Of a stretch of 64,000 bases of DNA, positions 19,214 through 29,769 are shown in pieces; position 1 is the stretch's first letter, and the number at the start of each line of letters is the position of its first letter. The stretch comes from Candidatus Bathyarchaeota archaeon (lineage in GTDB: Archaea; Thermoproteota; Bathyarchaeia; Bathyarchaeales; Bathycorpusculaceae), in the NCBI GenBank assembly GCA_963717465.1, contig OY970340.1:288001-352000 (forward strand), read 5' to 3'. Made by a program: the position numbers and the translations under genes. A model generated the notes under the pieces. That model made no database searches and was not told the origin of the DNA. It saw only the letters and a program-made list of their open reading frames with translations.

Positions 19214-21391
19214 CTAAATGTGAAATACTCCGACTAAGAGCATGTCAATTAGTTTAATGCCTATAAATGGCACAATTATCCCGCCTACACCGTAAATTAA
19301 AGTGTTCTTAAGGAAAAGCGTCATTGTACTGGTTGGTTTAAAGGCGACACCTCGCATAGCAAGCGGAATTAACAGTGGAATTATTATCGCGTTGAATATG
19401 AGTGCAGACAACACAGCACTTTTAACACCTAACTGCAGTATGTTTAAGGCACCCAGTTCTGGCAAAGTAGCGGCGAAAATAACAGGCATTATTGCAAAGT
19501 ACTTTGATACATCATTGGCGATGCTGAAAGCGGTGACTGCGCCCCGGGTCATTAACAGTTGTTTTCCAAGCATAACAACTTCGATTATTTTGGCTGGGTT
19601 AGATTCCAAGTCAACCATGTTAGCTGCCTCCTTAGCCGCCTCAGTACCAGAATTCATCGCCAAACCAACATCAGCAACACTAAGCGCAGGAGCATCATTA
19701 GTCCCATCCCCAATCATAGCAACAATCCTATTCTCAGCCTGCTCCCGCTTAGCTATTTTGTACTTGTCTTCAGGCTTAGCTTGAGCAACATACTCGTCGA
19801 TTCCAACCTCAGTGGCAATACTTCTTGCCGTAAATGGTTGATCGCCTGTAATCATTACAGGGCGGATTCCCATAACTTTAAGGGCTTGTATCTTTTCCCT
19901 GATGCCTTCCTTGAGAACATCTTTTAACCTGATTATTCCTATAGGTACGCCGTTTCTTGCGACGGCTATTGGAGTTTCTCCAGCCGCGGAAACACCGTCT
20001 ACAACTAAATCGTAATTTTTTGGAATGCTTGTCGATAGGCTTTTAATCGATTCTGGAGCGCCTTTCATTATTTCCAGTTCTGATTCTTGAGGTGTAGCTC
20101 GCTCTTCCCAGGTTAATAACGCGGTTTTTCGTCGAATTCGTGTTCTTTCGCCCATCGCTTTGCCGCCTTTAGGCAGTACGAGCCCCATTTGTGTTATTTT
20201 CACTCCGCTTGTTCGGGTGACAGCAGAGAACGGATATTTTTCGCAAGCTGCAAGAGAGTTTAGCTCTTTTGGCACGAACCCTTTCTCGTAAGCGAGCTTG
20301 AGGATGCTTCTTCCTTCAGGAGTGTCATCATGCCATGACGACAGGAAAGCAGCCTCACCCACATCCTCTTCCGTAAAGCGATCAAACGCGATAAATTCTA
20401 TGGCTTGTCTATTGCCGACTGTAATTGTTCCTGTCTTATCAAGCAGCACTACGTCTGCATCTCCTGAAGTCTCTATAGCTCTACCTGATTTTGCGATTAT
20501 TTTGCTCTTATAGAGGCGGGACATGCCCGAGAGGCCGATGGCTGGCAAAAGCGCGCCTATTGTTGTTGGAAGAAGGCAAACGTAGAGGGCTATAAGCACT
20601 GACAGGTCCGCTCCAAGACCAAGAGTCATTGACGTGCCAAGAAGTGCAAGTATGATTATGGTAAATATAGCGGTTAAACCAATCAGAACTATTGTTATCG
20701 CAACTTCGTTAGGAGTCTTTGGCCGCTTTGAAGACTCCACCATCTTTATCATTTGATCGATGAAGGTTTCACCAGGATTAGTAGTAACTTTAGCTGTCAG
20801 GGTGTCGCTGACAACTTTTGAGCCTCCAATAAGAGAATCCCCAGGCGCCTTCCTAACAGGAGCTGACTCACCAGTAACAAGCGACTCATCAACCATCGCA
20901 ATCCCCTCAATAACATCAGCATCCAAAGGAACCACATCACCAGCCTCAATCTGAACCAGGTCGCCCCTTTTCAGCTCAGTTGATTTAACAGTCACAATCT
21001 TTCTCATCCATTCATCGGTAACTATTTTTTTACTTGACACCTCCATCTCCAGCTTCCTCAGACTCCCAGCAGTACTCTTCGCCTGCTGCTCAGCCAACGC
21101 ATCAGACAAAGTACTGAACCAAACCGTAATCAGCAAGATGACAGCAACTTCCACATAGAAAACTTGCATGCTTGGGCTAGCTACAGGCACGAACGCTTGG
21201 GGAACTATGGCCATGGCGGCAACTATGAAGAAGGTGACTTCAACAATGAACATCACTGGATTTTTAAGCAACGATTTAGGGTTCAGGCGAACGACTGAGT
21301 CAACGAGTACTTTCCCAGATAAAGCAGACCTTAACCCGCCGGGCGTTGATTCTTTGGTTTTCTTTGAGTCTGCAGGTTTTACATTAGCCAA
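19214..21391 (-). CDS. kdpB: K+-transporting P-type ATPase subunit B
   Basis: TGES, CLLPTTIG, DKTGT, GDGTNDAPAL, FSIANDVSKYF. Confidence 0.97.
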   Translation of the reverse strand: MANVKPADSKKTKESTPGGLRSALSGKVLVDSVVRLNPKSLLKNPVMFIVEVTFFIVAAMAIVPQAFVPVASPSMQVFYVEVAVILLITVWFSTLSDALAEQQAKSTAGSLRKLEMEVSSKKIVTDEWMRKIVTVKSTELKRGDLVQIEAGDVVPLDADVIEGIAMVDESLVTGESAPVRKAPGDSLIGGSKVVSDTLTAKVTTNPGETFIDQMIKMVESSKRPKTPNEVAITIVLIGLTAIFTIIILALLGTSMTLGLGADLSVLIALYVCLLPTTIGALLPAIGLSGMSRLYKSKIIAKSGRAIETSGDADVVLLDKTGTITVGNRQAIEFIAFDRFTEEDVGEAAFLSSWHDDTPEGRSILKLAYEKGFVPKELNSLAACEKYPFSAVTRTSGVKITQMGLVLPKGGKAMGERTRIRRKTALLTWEERATPQESELEIMKGAPESIKSLSTSIPKNYDLVVDGVSAAGETPIAVARNGVPIGIIRLKDVLKEGIREKIQALKVMGIRPVMITGDQPFTARSIATEVGIDEYVAQAKPEDKYKIAKREQAENRIVAMIGDGTNDAPALSVADVGLAMNSGTEAAKEAANMVDLESNPAKIIEVVMLGKQLLMTRGAVTAFSIANDVSKYFAIMPVIFAATLPELGALNILQLGVKSAVLSALIFNAIIIPLLIPLAMRGVAFKPTSTMTLFLKNTLIYGVGGIIVPFIGIKLIDMLLVGVFHI

Positions 21392-23045
21392 AGCTGTTCA
21401 CCAACCCTTTGAAAAATGATGCTATTGGTCCGATTGCTAGGAACGGGAAGAACGTTAACACGACCAATATGAGAATGCTGGCAATTAGGACCAAGGTGAA
21501 TACAAATGTGTCGGTCTTGAGACCTGATGTTGTTCCTCCGCGTTTTCTGCCAATCATTGACCCTGAAAGCGCCATCAGTATGGCTATAGGTGCGTATCGT
21601 CCGACGAGCATTACTATGGCAGTGGCTATGTTAAAGAATGGAGTGTTCGCTTGGGCGCCAAGAAAGTCTGAACCATTGTTGGCGGCGGCGCTTGTGAATT
21701 CATAGAGGATTTCTGTATAGCCTATTGAATTTCCACTCACTCCAATTGCGCTTGCAGCACCACTAGCGTAAGCAACGACAGTGGGCACGAGTATGATGAT
21801 GGGGTGAATGAGAAAAGCAATCATCACAAGCTTCACATCTCGCCCTGTGATTTTCATGTTCAAGTATTCAGGAGTTCTTCCAGACATTAATCCAACTATA
21901 AAGACTGTTATAATGATGAACATAACCATATACATAAGCCCAACGCCTTTGCCCCCTGGAATTGACTGGATGAACATGCCAAAAAAGGCAGAGAGAATTG
22001 TTAAGGGATGATTACCCAAGAGACTTGAGTTCAGTGACCCTGTTGTAGCTACAGTCGTTGTAACAGTATAGAAACTGGACATAAAGCCGCCGAATCGGAC
22101 TTCTATGCCTGGAGCCACTAAGGGGAGCGATGGAATAAACGCTATAACGAGATTAATGGCGTAGAGAATGTATGCGCCCCACAGGAGTGGTCTGGATTCA
22201 GATTTTTTGCCCATCATTTGACCGAAGACAAAAATTAGTGCTGTGGGAAGTAGAAGCATTAATGAAATCAAGACGAGGTCTGAAATCGGCGACGGATTCG
22301 CGAAGGGGTATGCAGCGTTTGCACCATAATATCCGCCTCCGTTAGTTCCTAACTGCATAATCGAGTCAAGTGAAGCAACTGGCCCGACAAAAAGAGTTTG
22401 CGACGCTCCTTCTATAGTGTTAACTACAGTGTAACCGCTAAGCGTTTGGGGTACGCCGAGGGAAAGAAGGATAATCGAGGCTACTGTTGTAAGCGGGAGG
22501 AAAATTCTTGTGATGGATCTGGTGAAGTCAACGTAGAAGTTGCCCATGTCTTTTGCATCAGCCACCAGTCCCCGAATAAATGCTATACCCATGCATAAGC
22601 CGGTTATTGCTGATGTAAACATTAACCACTGTAAAACACCCATTTGACTAAGGTACGAAAATGTTGTTTCGCCACTGTAATGCTGCAGATCAGTGTTTGT
22701 TACAAAAGATACCGCTTGCATAAAGGCTAAGTCTGGACTTAAACCAGGAAAATGCATGGGATTAAGCGGCAAATAACCCTGGAAAACCATTATCAGAAAG
22801 CTGATAACAAGCATTACAATGTTTACTAGTAAACCTGAGAGGAAGTACTGTTTCCAACCCATCGTCTGCTCGGCGTTTACGCCAGTGATTTTGTAAAGAA
22901 AGTTTTCGATGGGATTAAAAATTTTGTCTAGGCGGCTTGGTTTCCGCTTAAAGACCCCTGTGATATAGGGCGCAATCAGCCAAGCTAAAAGCACGGTTAC
23001 GCCAATAGTAAGAATGACTGTTAGAGCCTGACCCGCATCTATCAA
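21384..23045 (-). CDS. kdpA: K+-transporting ATPase subunit A
   Basis: SFVTNTDLQHYSGE, LGTNGGG, GLMSGRTPEYL, SAAANNGS. Confidence 0.97.
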   Translation of the reverse strand: MIDAGQALTVILTIGVTVLLAWLIAPYITGVFKRKPSRLDKIFNPIENFLYKITGVNAEQTMGWKQYFLSGLLVNIVMLVISFLIMVFQGYLPLNPMHFPGLSPDLAFMQAVSFVTNTDLQHYSGETTFSYLSQMGVLQWLMFTSAITGLCMGIAFIRGLVADAKDMGNFYVDFTRSITRIFLPLTTVASIILLSLGVPQTLSGYTVVNTIEGASQTLFVGPVASLDSIMQLGTNGGGYYGANAAYPFANPSPISDLVLISLMLLLPTALIFVFGQMMGKKSESRPLLWGAYILYAINLVIAFIPSLPLVAPGIEVRFGGFMSSFYTVTTTVATTGSLNSSLLGNHPLTILSAFFGMFIQSIPGGKGVGLMYMVMFIIITVFIVGLMSGRTPEYLNMKITGRDVKLVMIAFLIHPIIILVPTVVAYASGAASAIGVSGNSIGYTEILYEFTSAAANNGSDFLGAQANTPFFNIATAIVMLVGRYAPIAILMALSGSMIGRKRGGTTSGLKTDTFVFTLVLIASILILVVLTFFPFLAIGPIASFFKGLVNSFG

Positions 23046-23251
23046 TTATTTCAAAACTCCAAGGCGCATTTACGTTCACTATGGCTCCTACCTTAAATGA
23101 GTACCTGATTATCAGTTGTTCTTCCAAAACACCTATGTCTCTTATAAGGATTCAGGAAAGTCTTGTTTACAGTTAAATTGCACCGATTAATTTTATCGAA
23201 ACGTCTAAGAACAGCTGTTTTCACCATGCTTTCATTCCCAGCGGAGATGCT

Positions 23252-23539
23252 TTAGCAAATTGCTTTATCTTTGCACCTGCGTCCTTTATGTGGTTGCAAC
23301 ACAATCGTGCTTATAGTACTTTTTACTCCGTCTATTTTCATAATATGCTTTTGCAAAATATCCCTAAATTCTTCCAGCGTAGAAGTGCTAACCAACGTTA
23401 CAATATCATATTCGCCTGCAACTTCGTAGACTTCCTCGATACTCTCAAGTTTGGACAAGGCTGCAACTACACTATCTATTTGTGTGGATTCAGCAAAAAT
23501 ATTAACCGATGCTAAAAGGCGTTGCATACAAAGTCCCAT
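23252..23539 (-). CDS. Stand-alone Lrp/AsnC RAM domain protein
   Basis: VYEVAGEYDIV, IDGVKSTISTIVL; close paralog of 18277 and 30181. Confidence 0.88.
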   Translation of the reverse strand: MGLCMQRLLASVNIFAESTQIDSVVAALSKLESIEEVYEVAGEYDIVTLVSTSTLEEFRDILQKHIMKIDGVKSTISTIVLQPHKGRRCKDKAIC

Positions 23540-23682
23540 CTTATTATTTTGATATTAGGCCATCGAAATGGCAAAATATAGGTAAAGAACATTGATTCAT
23601 CGTGGAATCTTTTTTAGTAAAGTGCATCCCGAAACCTTCTCATGATTCTCATAGGAACATAAACTCGTTTATATAAGGTTGG

Positions 23683-23709
23683 TTATGATTTGTTCATAAT
23701 TATTATGAA
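23683..23709 (-). promoter_or_regulatory. Shared operator-like motif copy 2
   Basis: ttatgatttgTTCATAattatTATGAA next to TTATATA box. Confidence 0.7.
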
Positions 23710-23826
23710 AAGTTAGAAAAACATCCTTAATTTTCGAAATAGGTTCAACATTTGCTCAACATATAGCTAAAATTAAAAAACAAATATAAAATAAAACCTT
23801 AATAAACAAGAATGAAACATCAATAT

Positions 23827-24183
23827 TCAAAGAGCTTGTTTACACGCATCTTCTTTTACAACGTTTAAAGTAGCAAGGGTTAGAGTTGTTTTAATGAAAC
23901 GAACTGATAAAAGTTCTTTAAAAAAAATGTTAAGGCTGTAGTCATCCTTGAACCTAGTAAACACTGCAATGTCGAAATCCCCGGTTATCTCATATACGCA
24001 GAAAACATTCTGGTAACTAGCGATCTTTTTTTCAACCTCAGCAAGATGCTTTCCCTCAACTTGAATTAGTAACATTAGGGTTAAATCGTCACCAGGTTTA
24101 ACTGAACCAATTACCCCAACGTAATCTGTTGAAACATCGCGCTTGTTTGTTGCAGCAAAGGCTAACCTATTTTTTTGTGCCAT
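23827..24183 (-). CDS. Lrp/AsnC RAM domain protein without an intact HTH
   Basis: VYEITGDFDIAV, TLNVVKE; directly downstream of glnA. Confidence 0.8.
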   Translation of the reverse strand: MAQKNRLAFAATNKRDVSTDYVGVIGSVKPGDDLTLMLLIQVEGKHLAEVEKKIASYQNVFCVYEITGDFDIAVFTRFKDDYSLNIFFKELLSVRFIKTTLTLATLNVVKEDACKQAL

Positions 24184-24211
24184 CCAAACCTCACTTTTGG
24201 GACAGCCCGGT

Positions 24212-25678
24212 TTAGTAATCGAGGTATTTCATGATCTCCCATGGTGAAACGTAGAGACAGTACTGATTCCAATCGTTAGTCTTAAGGTCCACAAAGGCAT
24301 CAAATATGTGGCTTCCAAGTGCACGTTGAAGTACTTCGTCGCTTTTCAGTTCTTCAAGAGCAGCCTTTAACGTTGTAGGAAGTTCTTTGATTCCAAGGGA
24401 CTTGCGCTTTTGAGAAGAGAGCTTGTAGACGTCTTCGTCGACTGGATTTCCAGGGTCAATCTTTTTCTTCACGCCGTCAAGCCCTGCCATTAGCAGACAT
24501 GAGAACGCCAAGTAGGGATTGCAGGAAGGGTCAACTCCTCGGTACTCCACTCTTTTTTGGGCAGCAAACTCTTTACCCTTATAGTACAATGGTATGCGAG
24601 CTAGTGCAGATCTGTTTCGTCTTGACCACATGACATAAATTGGTGCTTCAAAACCGGGTACAAGCCGTTTGTATGAGCTTATCGTTGGGCAGCAAATTGC
24701 AGTTAAAGCCCTTGCGTGTTCCAATAGGCCGCCTAAGTAGTATCGTCCAGCTTGGCTTAATTCAGCGTAATTGTCGCTTTCATCGTACATGGCGTTTTTC
24801 CCTTTAGACCAAATTGACTGGTGAACATGCATTCCACTTGCATTGTCCAAGTAAACAGGCTTTGGCATGAAAGTTGCAATTAAACCGTATTTGTGAGCAA
24901 TGTTCTTTGCAACAAATTTATAGTATAACGCTCTGTCTGCGGTTTCTATTAGCGGACCGTATTTGTAGTCGATTTCCACTTGACCGACAGTAGCAACTTC
25001 ATGGTGATGCTTTTCAATGGTTAATCCAAAATTATCCTCCAGCACTTGCGATGTTTCGTTACGGAAAGCAACTGTCGTATCTTCTGGTGGCGTTCTGTAA
25101 TAGGCTTCCTTTGGCCTCATGACGTAACTACCAGGGGTTGTTTCTGGTGACTGAGGCACTACTCTTGGAGCGCCCCATGAATCACCTTCTCCGCCTCTTG
25201 GACTTACCCAAAGATCCCATACGAGCTTAGTTGGGTCAATAGATGAAAAGACAAAGAACTCCAATTCTGGAGCGAAGTATCCAGTATAGCCCATTGCTGA
25301 AGCTTCTGCTACTGCTCTTTTGGCTACGTAACTCCGAGGGTCGACAACTGATGGTTCTTTTCCTCCGTAAGCTTCATAGACATCTCCCAGCACTATGGCG
25401 CTTTTCTGTTTTTCATCATTAATCCAGGGCATTATCGATAAGGTTTGAGCGTCAGGCATGAAAATCATGTCTGATTCTTCGATCGATTTGAAACCTCTGA
25501 CAGAAGAACCGTCAAAGCCTATTCCGGCAGTGAATGCTTCGCCACTAAGATAGTCTCTCGCGGGAAGCACCATGTCCTGCAATATTCCGCGTATGTCAAC
25601 GAAAGCTGAATGTACCCACCTTACGTTGTTGGCTTTCAGGCTCCCTATTGCTTTTTGTATGGAGTCGTTTTTTTCCAT
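24212..25678 (-). CDS. glnA: Glutamine synthetase type I
   Basis: FDGSS, APELEFF, HHEVA, ATFMPKP, SGMHVHQS, SYKRLVPGFEAP, NRSA, RVEYR. Confidence 0.97.
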   Translation of the reverse strand: MEKNDSIQKAIGSLKANNVRWVHSAFVDIRGILQDMVLPARDYLSGEAFTAGIGFDGSSVRGFKSIEESDMIFMPDAQTLSIMPWINDEKQKSAIVLGDVYEAYGGKEPSVVDPRSYVAKRAVAEASAMGYTGYFAPELEFFVFSSIDPTKLVWDLWVSPRGGEGDSWGAPRVVPQSPETTPGSYVMRPKEAYYRTPPEDTTVAFRNETSQVLEDNFGLTIEKHHHEVATVGQVEIDYKYGPLIETADRALYYKFVAKNIAHKYGLIATFMPKPVYLDNASGMHVHQSIWSKGKNAMYDESDNYAELSQAGRYYLGGLLEHARALTAICCPTISSYKRLVPGFEAPIYVMWSRRNRSALARIPLYYKGKEFAAQKRVEYRGVDPSCNPYLAFSCLLMAGLDGVKKKIDPGNPVDEDVYKLSSQKRKSLGIKELPTTLKAALEELKSDEVLQRALGSHIFDAFVDLKTNDWNQYCLYVSPWEIMKYLDY

Positions 25679-25738
25679 TATATTTTCACCATTTAAAGAT
25701 CTTATCTATCAATTCGAACAATTCTAATTTAAATGTAG

Positions 25739-25765
25739 TTAAGATTTGTTCATACATTTTATGAA
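25739..25765 (-). promoter_or_regulatory. Shared operator-like motif copy 3 (glnA promoter)
   Basis: ttaagatttgTTCATAcatttTATGAA next to TTTAAA box. Confidence 0.7.
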
Positions 25766-26017
25766 ATAATAGAAATATTTTTAAATAAATTTTATAATCA
25801 TGAACAAATGAAGTCTATAACAAAGTTATAATGCTCAAATCAATAACCAGCTGGAATGGAGGATATTTAGCACTTAATAGTTTTAGATGAACCATAACTG
25901 TCTAACTAGTCAAAATTCAAGCAAATCGACTTTAATCTGAAAAAGATTGAATTTTCTTAAAAAAAGAAAAGATTAATCTTAGCGGGTTAGGTAGTAGCTG
26001 CCAGTTTTTCTGAGCTG

Positions 26018-27520
26018 TCAGGATTCTTTGCCGCCTGGGTAGGGGAAGATGCGTGATTCTTTGGTTCTTGAGTTCAGGAGGAAGTATCCAAGTCCTATAG
26101 TCATCCACAGGGCAACTACTCCTACTGCAATTAAACACGCTAGCTGCGTGGATCCTCCACCCATTACAGCTAGCCATATCACCGCAATTAGCATGATTAC
26201 GTTAGCTGCTAAGCCTGCAATTGGGACTACGTATTTTGTAAGAATTGAACGTCTTTCTCTTGACAGCGCGTATACTGCGATGAGGCATGTTACACCGTAA
26301 AGCAGGAACGTTCCAAAGTTGCATAAGTATGTGATAGCACTCAAGTTCGTTAGCGATAGTACACCAAATGTGCCTATGCCGGCTGTAACAAGAGTTAGCA
26401 CCCATACGCCAATAGCAGGAGTCCCAAATCTTAAGTTAAGTTTTCCGAGCGGTTCAGGTACCTCGGAGTCTCGACTGATTGCGTAAGTCACTCTTACTCC
26501 AGTGTTCATGCATGACAGCGTTGTACCAAGTATTGCTGCAGCAACTACCGCAGCTACGACGATCATAACAACGAAGCCTCCGCCGCCAAATAAGCCATTA
26601 ACCGATTGCATTATCATATCACCTAGAGGCGAGTTAGAAGCGGCTGCTGCTGCAAATGTGTATTTTGAGTTGATCCAGTATTGCATGCCGAAGTATTCGA
26701 GTAGATAGCAGAACGCCCCTTGTATGATGAGCGAGAGAATGATCGCTTTTGGGACATCTTTGGGGTTTTTTGCTTCTGAGCCCAATGCAGTAACTGATTC
26801 GAAGCCGACTAGAACGAGTATAGCTATTGTCGCCTGAAACAGCATGTGGCTTGCACTGCTTGGAATCAGCACGCTAACAGCATTTGGGAAATAGAACGAT
26901 ACTTTGTCAGGGTTTAAGAAGCGATAAGCAAGAGCAATACCAGTAACGCCAATAAGCATGACGATTTGTGCAATATTTATCATCAGGTTTGTTCTTGTTG
27001 AGCCGTTAATCCCTCTGTAAGCGATAAATCCTACTACGACGCTAAACGCAACGGCTATTGCAACTTCAGTTATCGGACTAATCGCGATGCCTACTGTTGA
27101 GAGGATGTATGTTATGAAAAAACCCATCATTGCAACCATGACACCGGGATAGACCCAGTAGTATAAGTGTGAAAGCCAACCGATGATGAACTTTGCGTTT
27201 CTGGCTGTTTTGTTGCTGCTACCCTTGTCAAGCAAAGCTCGCTGAGCAAAGTAGTAAGAGCTGCCTGCACCAGCATCTGGATACCGACGGGACAGCCATG
27301 AATATGAAGCGGCGGTTAAGAAAGCTAATATCAGCGCTAAAAACAAACCTGACCATATGTCAGGAGCAGTGGAGACGCCTGAAGGGTCAACTTGAGCAGC
27401 CTGTATTTCGTAAGTTAGCCATAGGAAAGCTCCCGGCGCTATCAGCGCCATCGCGTTAATAGTTAACCCCGTGAGGCTTAATGACTTCTTCATCTGGGGT
27501 GAGCTTTGATCACTTGCCAT
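26018..27520 (-). CDS. APC-family amino acid/amine permease
   Basis: ALIAPGA, AGSSY, LVGFES, GTP motifs; about 12 TM. Confidence 0.9.
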   Translation of the reverse strand: MASDQSSPQMKKSLSLTGLTINAMALIAPGAFLWLTYEIQAAQVDPSGVSTAPDIWSGLFLALILAFLTAASYSWLSRRYPDAGAGSSYYFAQRALLDKGSSNKTARNAKFIIGWLSHLYYWVYPGVMVAMMGFFITYILSTVGIAISPITEVAIAVAFSVVVGFIAYRGINGSTRTNLMINIAQIVMLIGVTGIALAYRFLNPDKVSFYFPNAVSVLIPSSASHMLFQATIAILVLVGFESVTALGSEAKNPKDVPKAIILSLIIQGAFCYLLEYFGMQYWINSKYTFAAAAASNSPLGDMIMQSVNGLFGGGGFVVMIVVAAVVAAAILGTTLSCMNTGVRVTYAISRDSEVPEPLGKLNLRFGTPAIGVWVLTLVTAGIGTFGVLSLTNLSAITYLCNFGTFLLYGVTCLIAVYALSRERRSILTKYVVPIAGLAANVIMLIAVIWLAVMGGGSTQLACLIAVGVVALWMTIGLGYFLLNSRTKESRIFPYPGGKES

Positions 27521-27697
27521 TTATCTTCTCCTCTGGAAAACTTTTCTTAAGCAAGTTATTGTTCTTGTTTAGTTTTTGAAATTGTATAGAATTGTTTATT
27601 TCGAATGTGAATACGCTTGTTGCTGATTTAGTTGATGCTTTCATTTCTGTCACCAATTAATTTAGCTATGTGTATGTTCAGTTAAATATAAATATAG

Positions 27698-27724
27698 TTA
27701 ATAATTGTTCATAAGTATTATGAA
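27698..27724 (-). promoter_or_regulatory. Shared operator-like motif copy 4 (permease promoter)
   Basis: ttaataattgTTCATAagtatTATGAA next to TTTATA box. Confidence 0.7.
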
Positions 27725-27754
27725 AAAATGAAAAAATGTAGTATTATATGTCTT

Positions 27755-28321
27755 CTATATAGATACTTGTCTCTTTATCGGATTGGGCTTTACTGTAACA
27801 CGCAATTTAGTCAAGTTCTCTTTAATCTCTGCATTAATGCCCATGGCCGCGAAGTACGTTTCCAGAAAAATCTTGATAAAATCTTTGGTAACTTCCGACA
27901 TCAAAATCAACGTAAAATCGTTGTTTGCGTTTCTTGTTAAGCGGTAGAAGTTACATGCCTCAAGCCTGAGCAAAAATTCCTCAACCCCATTTACTTTTGA
28001 CCTCAACTGTTCCCAGTGAGATTTAGCAAGTTCTTTGTGTTCTTTCCAAAATTTCTCTCTGTTTGGAGAAGAAGATATGAGGTCAAGAAGCATAATCCAA
28101 TGATCAATATCTAAGATTACATGCTCTCCATTAAGCAACATGTCCATGTAGGACTGAACTTTTTTCTTTACAGCAGGATCTTCGAGGGCTTTATTCTCAT
28201 TGTAAAATTTTAAAGCGCGACGTACTATTTCGCTTTGAGAAACTTCAGCTTCTGAACTTATTTTTTCCAATAAATCAGCTGTCGATTTATCAAAAGCTAC
28301 AGTTACTCTAATCGGATTCAA
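27755..28321 (-). CDS. CopG/RHH transcription regulator with C-terminal putative ligand-binding domain
   Basis: IRVTVAFD..LLEKI..SQSEIVRRAL N-terminus; C-terminal alpha/beta domain. Confidence 0.8.
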   Translation of the reverse strand: MNPIRVTVAFDKSTADLLEKISSEAEVSQSEIVRRALKFYNENKALEDPAVKKKVQSYMDMLLNGEHVILDIDHWIMLLDLISSSPNREKFWKEHKELAKSHWEQLRSKVNGVEEFLLRLEACNFYRLTRNANNDFTLILMSEVTKDFIKIFLETYFAAMGINAEIKENLTKLRVTVKPNPIKRQVSI

Positions 28322-28790
28322 TTTATTTACGCCTCATAACTTTCATTAAAACATATGTTCAATATATAATAAATCTTATAAACATTATGCTAGCAAATTT
28401 ATCCTAAACCTATACAATATAATAATTTCTATTAAAAAATTAAAACAAACGTCTTTTTTATATTACCCGAAGGCGATGTTTTTAAACAAAAAAAACAAAA
28501 ATCAAACCTGCAGAAAACAAATGAACAGCAGAACGATGGCAAGGCTTTAAAGCTTAAGGGGGATAAAGGTTCAATAAATTCACAGATACAAAGATCTTTA
28601 AGCCAACTGCCGCCTTCAACTGTCCTGGTGCAAATCGCTTTAGGAAATCACGGTCAATTCAACTGGTGTAGATCAACCGCAGACAAACAAGCGCAAACAT
28701 CTAAAGAAATACAGCAAGATAAAAACATTAAACGAAACACAGGCCAATTGCTACAACAATCCACGACAATAAAAATAGTAAAAAGAGACT

Positions 28791-29489
28791 TCAGTCCTTT
28801 CGATGAAACTGGTTTTTTGCTGCTCCGCATATTGGGCAAACCCAGTTTTCTGGCAGTTTCTCGAATGGCGTGCCTGGCTGGATACCGGAGTTTGGATCGC
28901 CCTGTGCTGGGTCATATACGTAACCGCAAACTTCACAAGCATATTTCGCGGCGTCCTTGATATCTTCCTTTTTTTCAGTTTGGGCAAATGTGGGAGCTGT
29001 CTTTGGCGTTGTTCCCCTCTTTACCTCATGATAGAAATCGTAAGTCATTTGTGGATCGTTGCTTAGGACTTTTGAATCAACTACTTCCCCCAAAAAGATT
29101 GTGTGGGTTTCTGCATCTATTTCATTTGTAACTTTCACTTCAAAGTATGCAACTGTATGGTTCAAAACTATTCGGGCACCAGTCTGGCCTACTTGATAGT
29201 CAACGCCTAAAAACTTGTTAGTGTCCCTTCCACATTTGAATCCGAAGTTTCCTATGAAAGAAAGCGGCGTGTCTTTTGAGAGAACCGAAACAGCGTAGAA
29301 ACCATTTTGTTTGATGAGTTCATGGGTGAAGTTTTGCTTATTTATTGAGACAGCAACCAAGGGTGGTTGAGACGCAACTTGAACAACGGTGTTTGCAATC
29401 TGTCCGTTGCACCTACCTTCTTTCCCAGAAGTCACTACATAGACGCCATAACTTATCTTGTACAAACCTTTAGGATCCAAACAAATCAA
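28791..29489 (-). CDS. Flavin reductase - rubredoxin fusion
   Basis: [17 protein letters not shown], then [19 protein letters not shown]. Confidence 0.92.
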   Translation of the reverse strand: MICLDPKGLYKISYGVYVVTSGKEGRCNGQIANTVVQVASQPPLVAVSINKQNFTHELIKQNGFYAVSVLSKDTPLSFIGNFGFKCGRDTNKFLGVDYQVGQTGARIVLNHTVAYFEVKVTNEIDAETHTIFLGEVVDSKVLSNDPQMTYDFYHEVKRGTTPKTAPTFAQTEKKEDIKDAAKYACEVCGYVYDPAQGDPNSGIQPGTPFEKLPENWVCPICGAAKNQFHRKD

Positions 29490-29592
29490 ACCCTCATTCG
29501 ATTGGTGCCTAACTTTGCATATTTGTTTTTCGATCGAACCGTGTAGAAGAAATTATTAAAGAAAAAGCAGGCGTTAAATATTCATTGGTGGT

Positions 29593-29769
29593 TCAGTGTG
29601 CGTGTCGGTTTAGTTTCTTTATTCTTTCATCTAATTCTTTTTCCGAAAACAAAATGGCTGCTACGGCTACGCAGACAACGAGCACGGTCAACCCAATAAA
29701 ATTTCTTTCTGCCAGGAAAAAGAGTAGTAATCCAGCAACCGCTATGATTCCCGCTATCCAGTTTCTCAT
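29593..29769 (-). CDS. 58-aa 2-TM membrane protein (below ORF-track cutoff)
   Basis: MRNWIAGIIAVAGLLLFFLAERNFIGLTVLVVCVAVAAILFSEKELDERIKKLNRHAH. Confidence 0.6.
   Translation of the reverse strand: MRNWIAGIIAVAGLLLFFLAERNFIGLTVLVVCVAVAAILFSEKELDERIKKLNRHAH

Noticed and set aside
19302..22598. Plus-strand ORFs within kdpAB (and similar antisense ORFs inside the MCP, kinases and MVA genes)
   Set aside because: Shadow ORFs opposite well-supported genes
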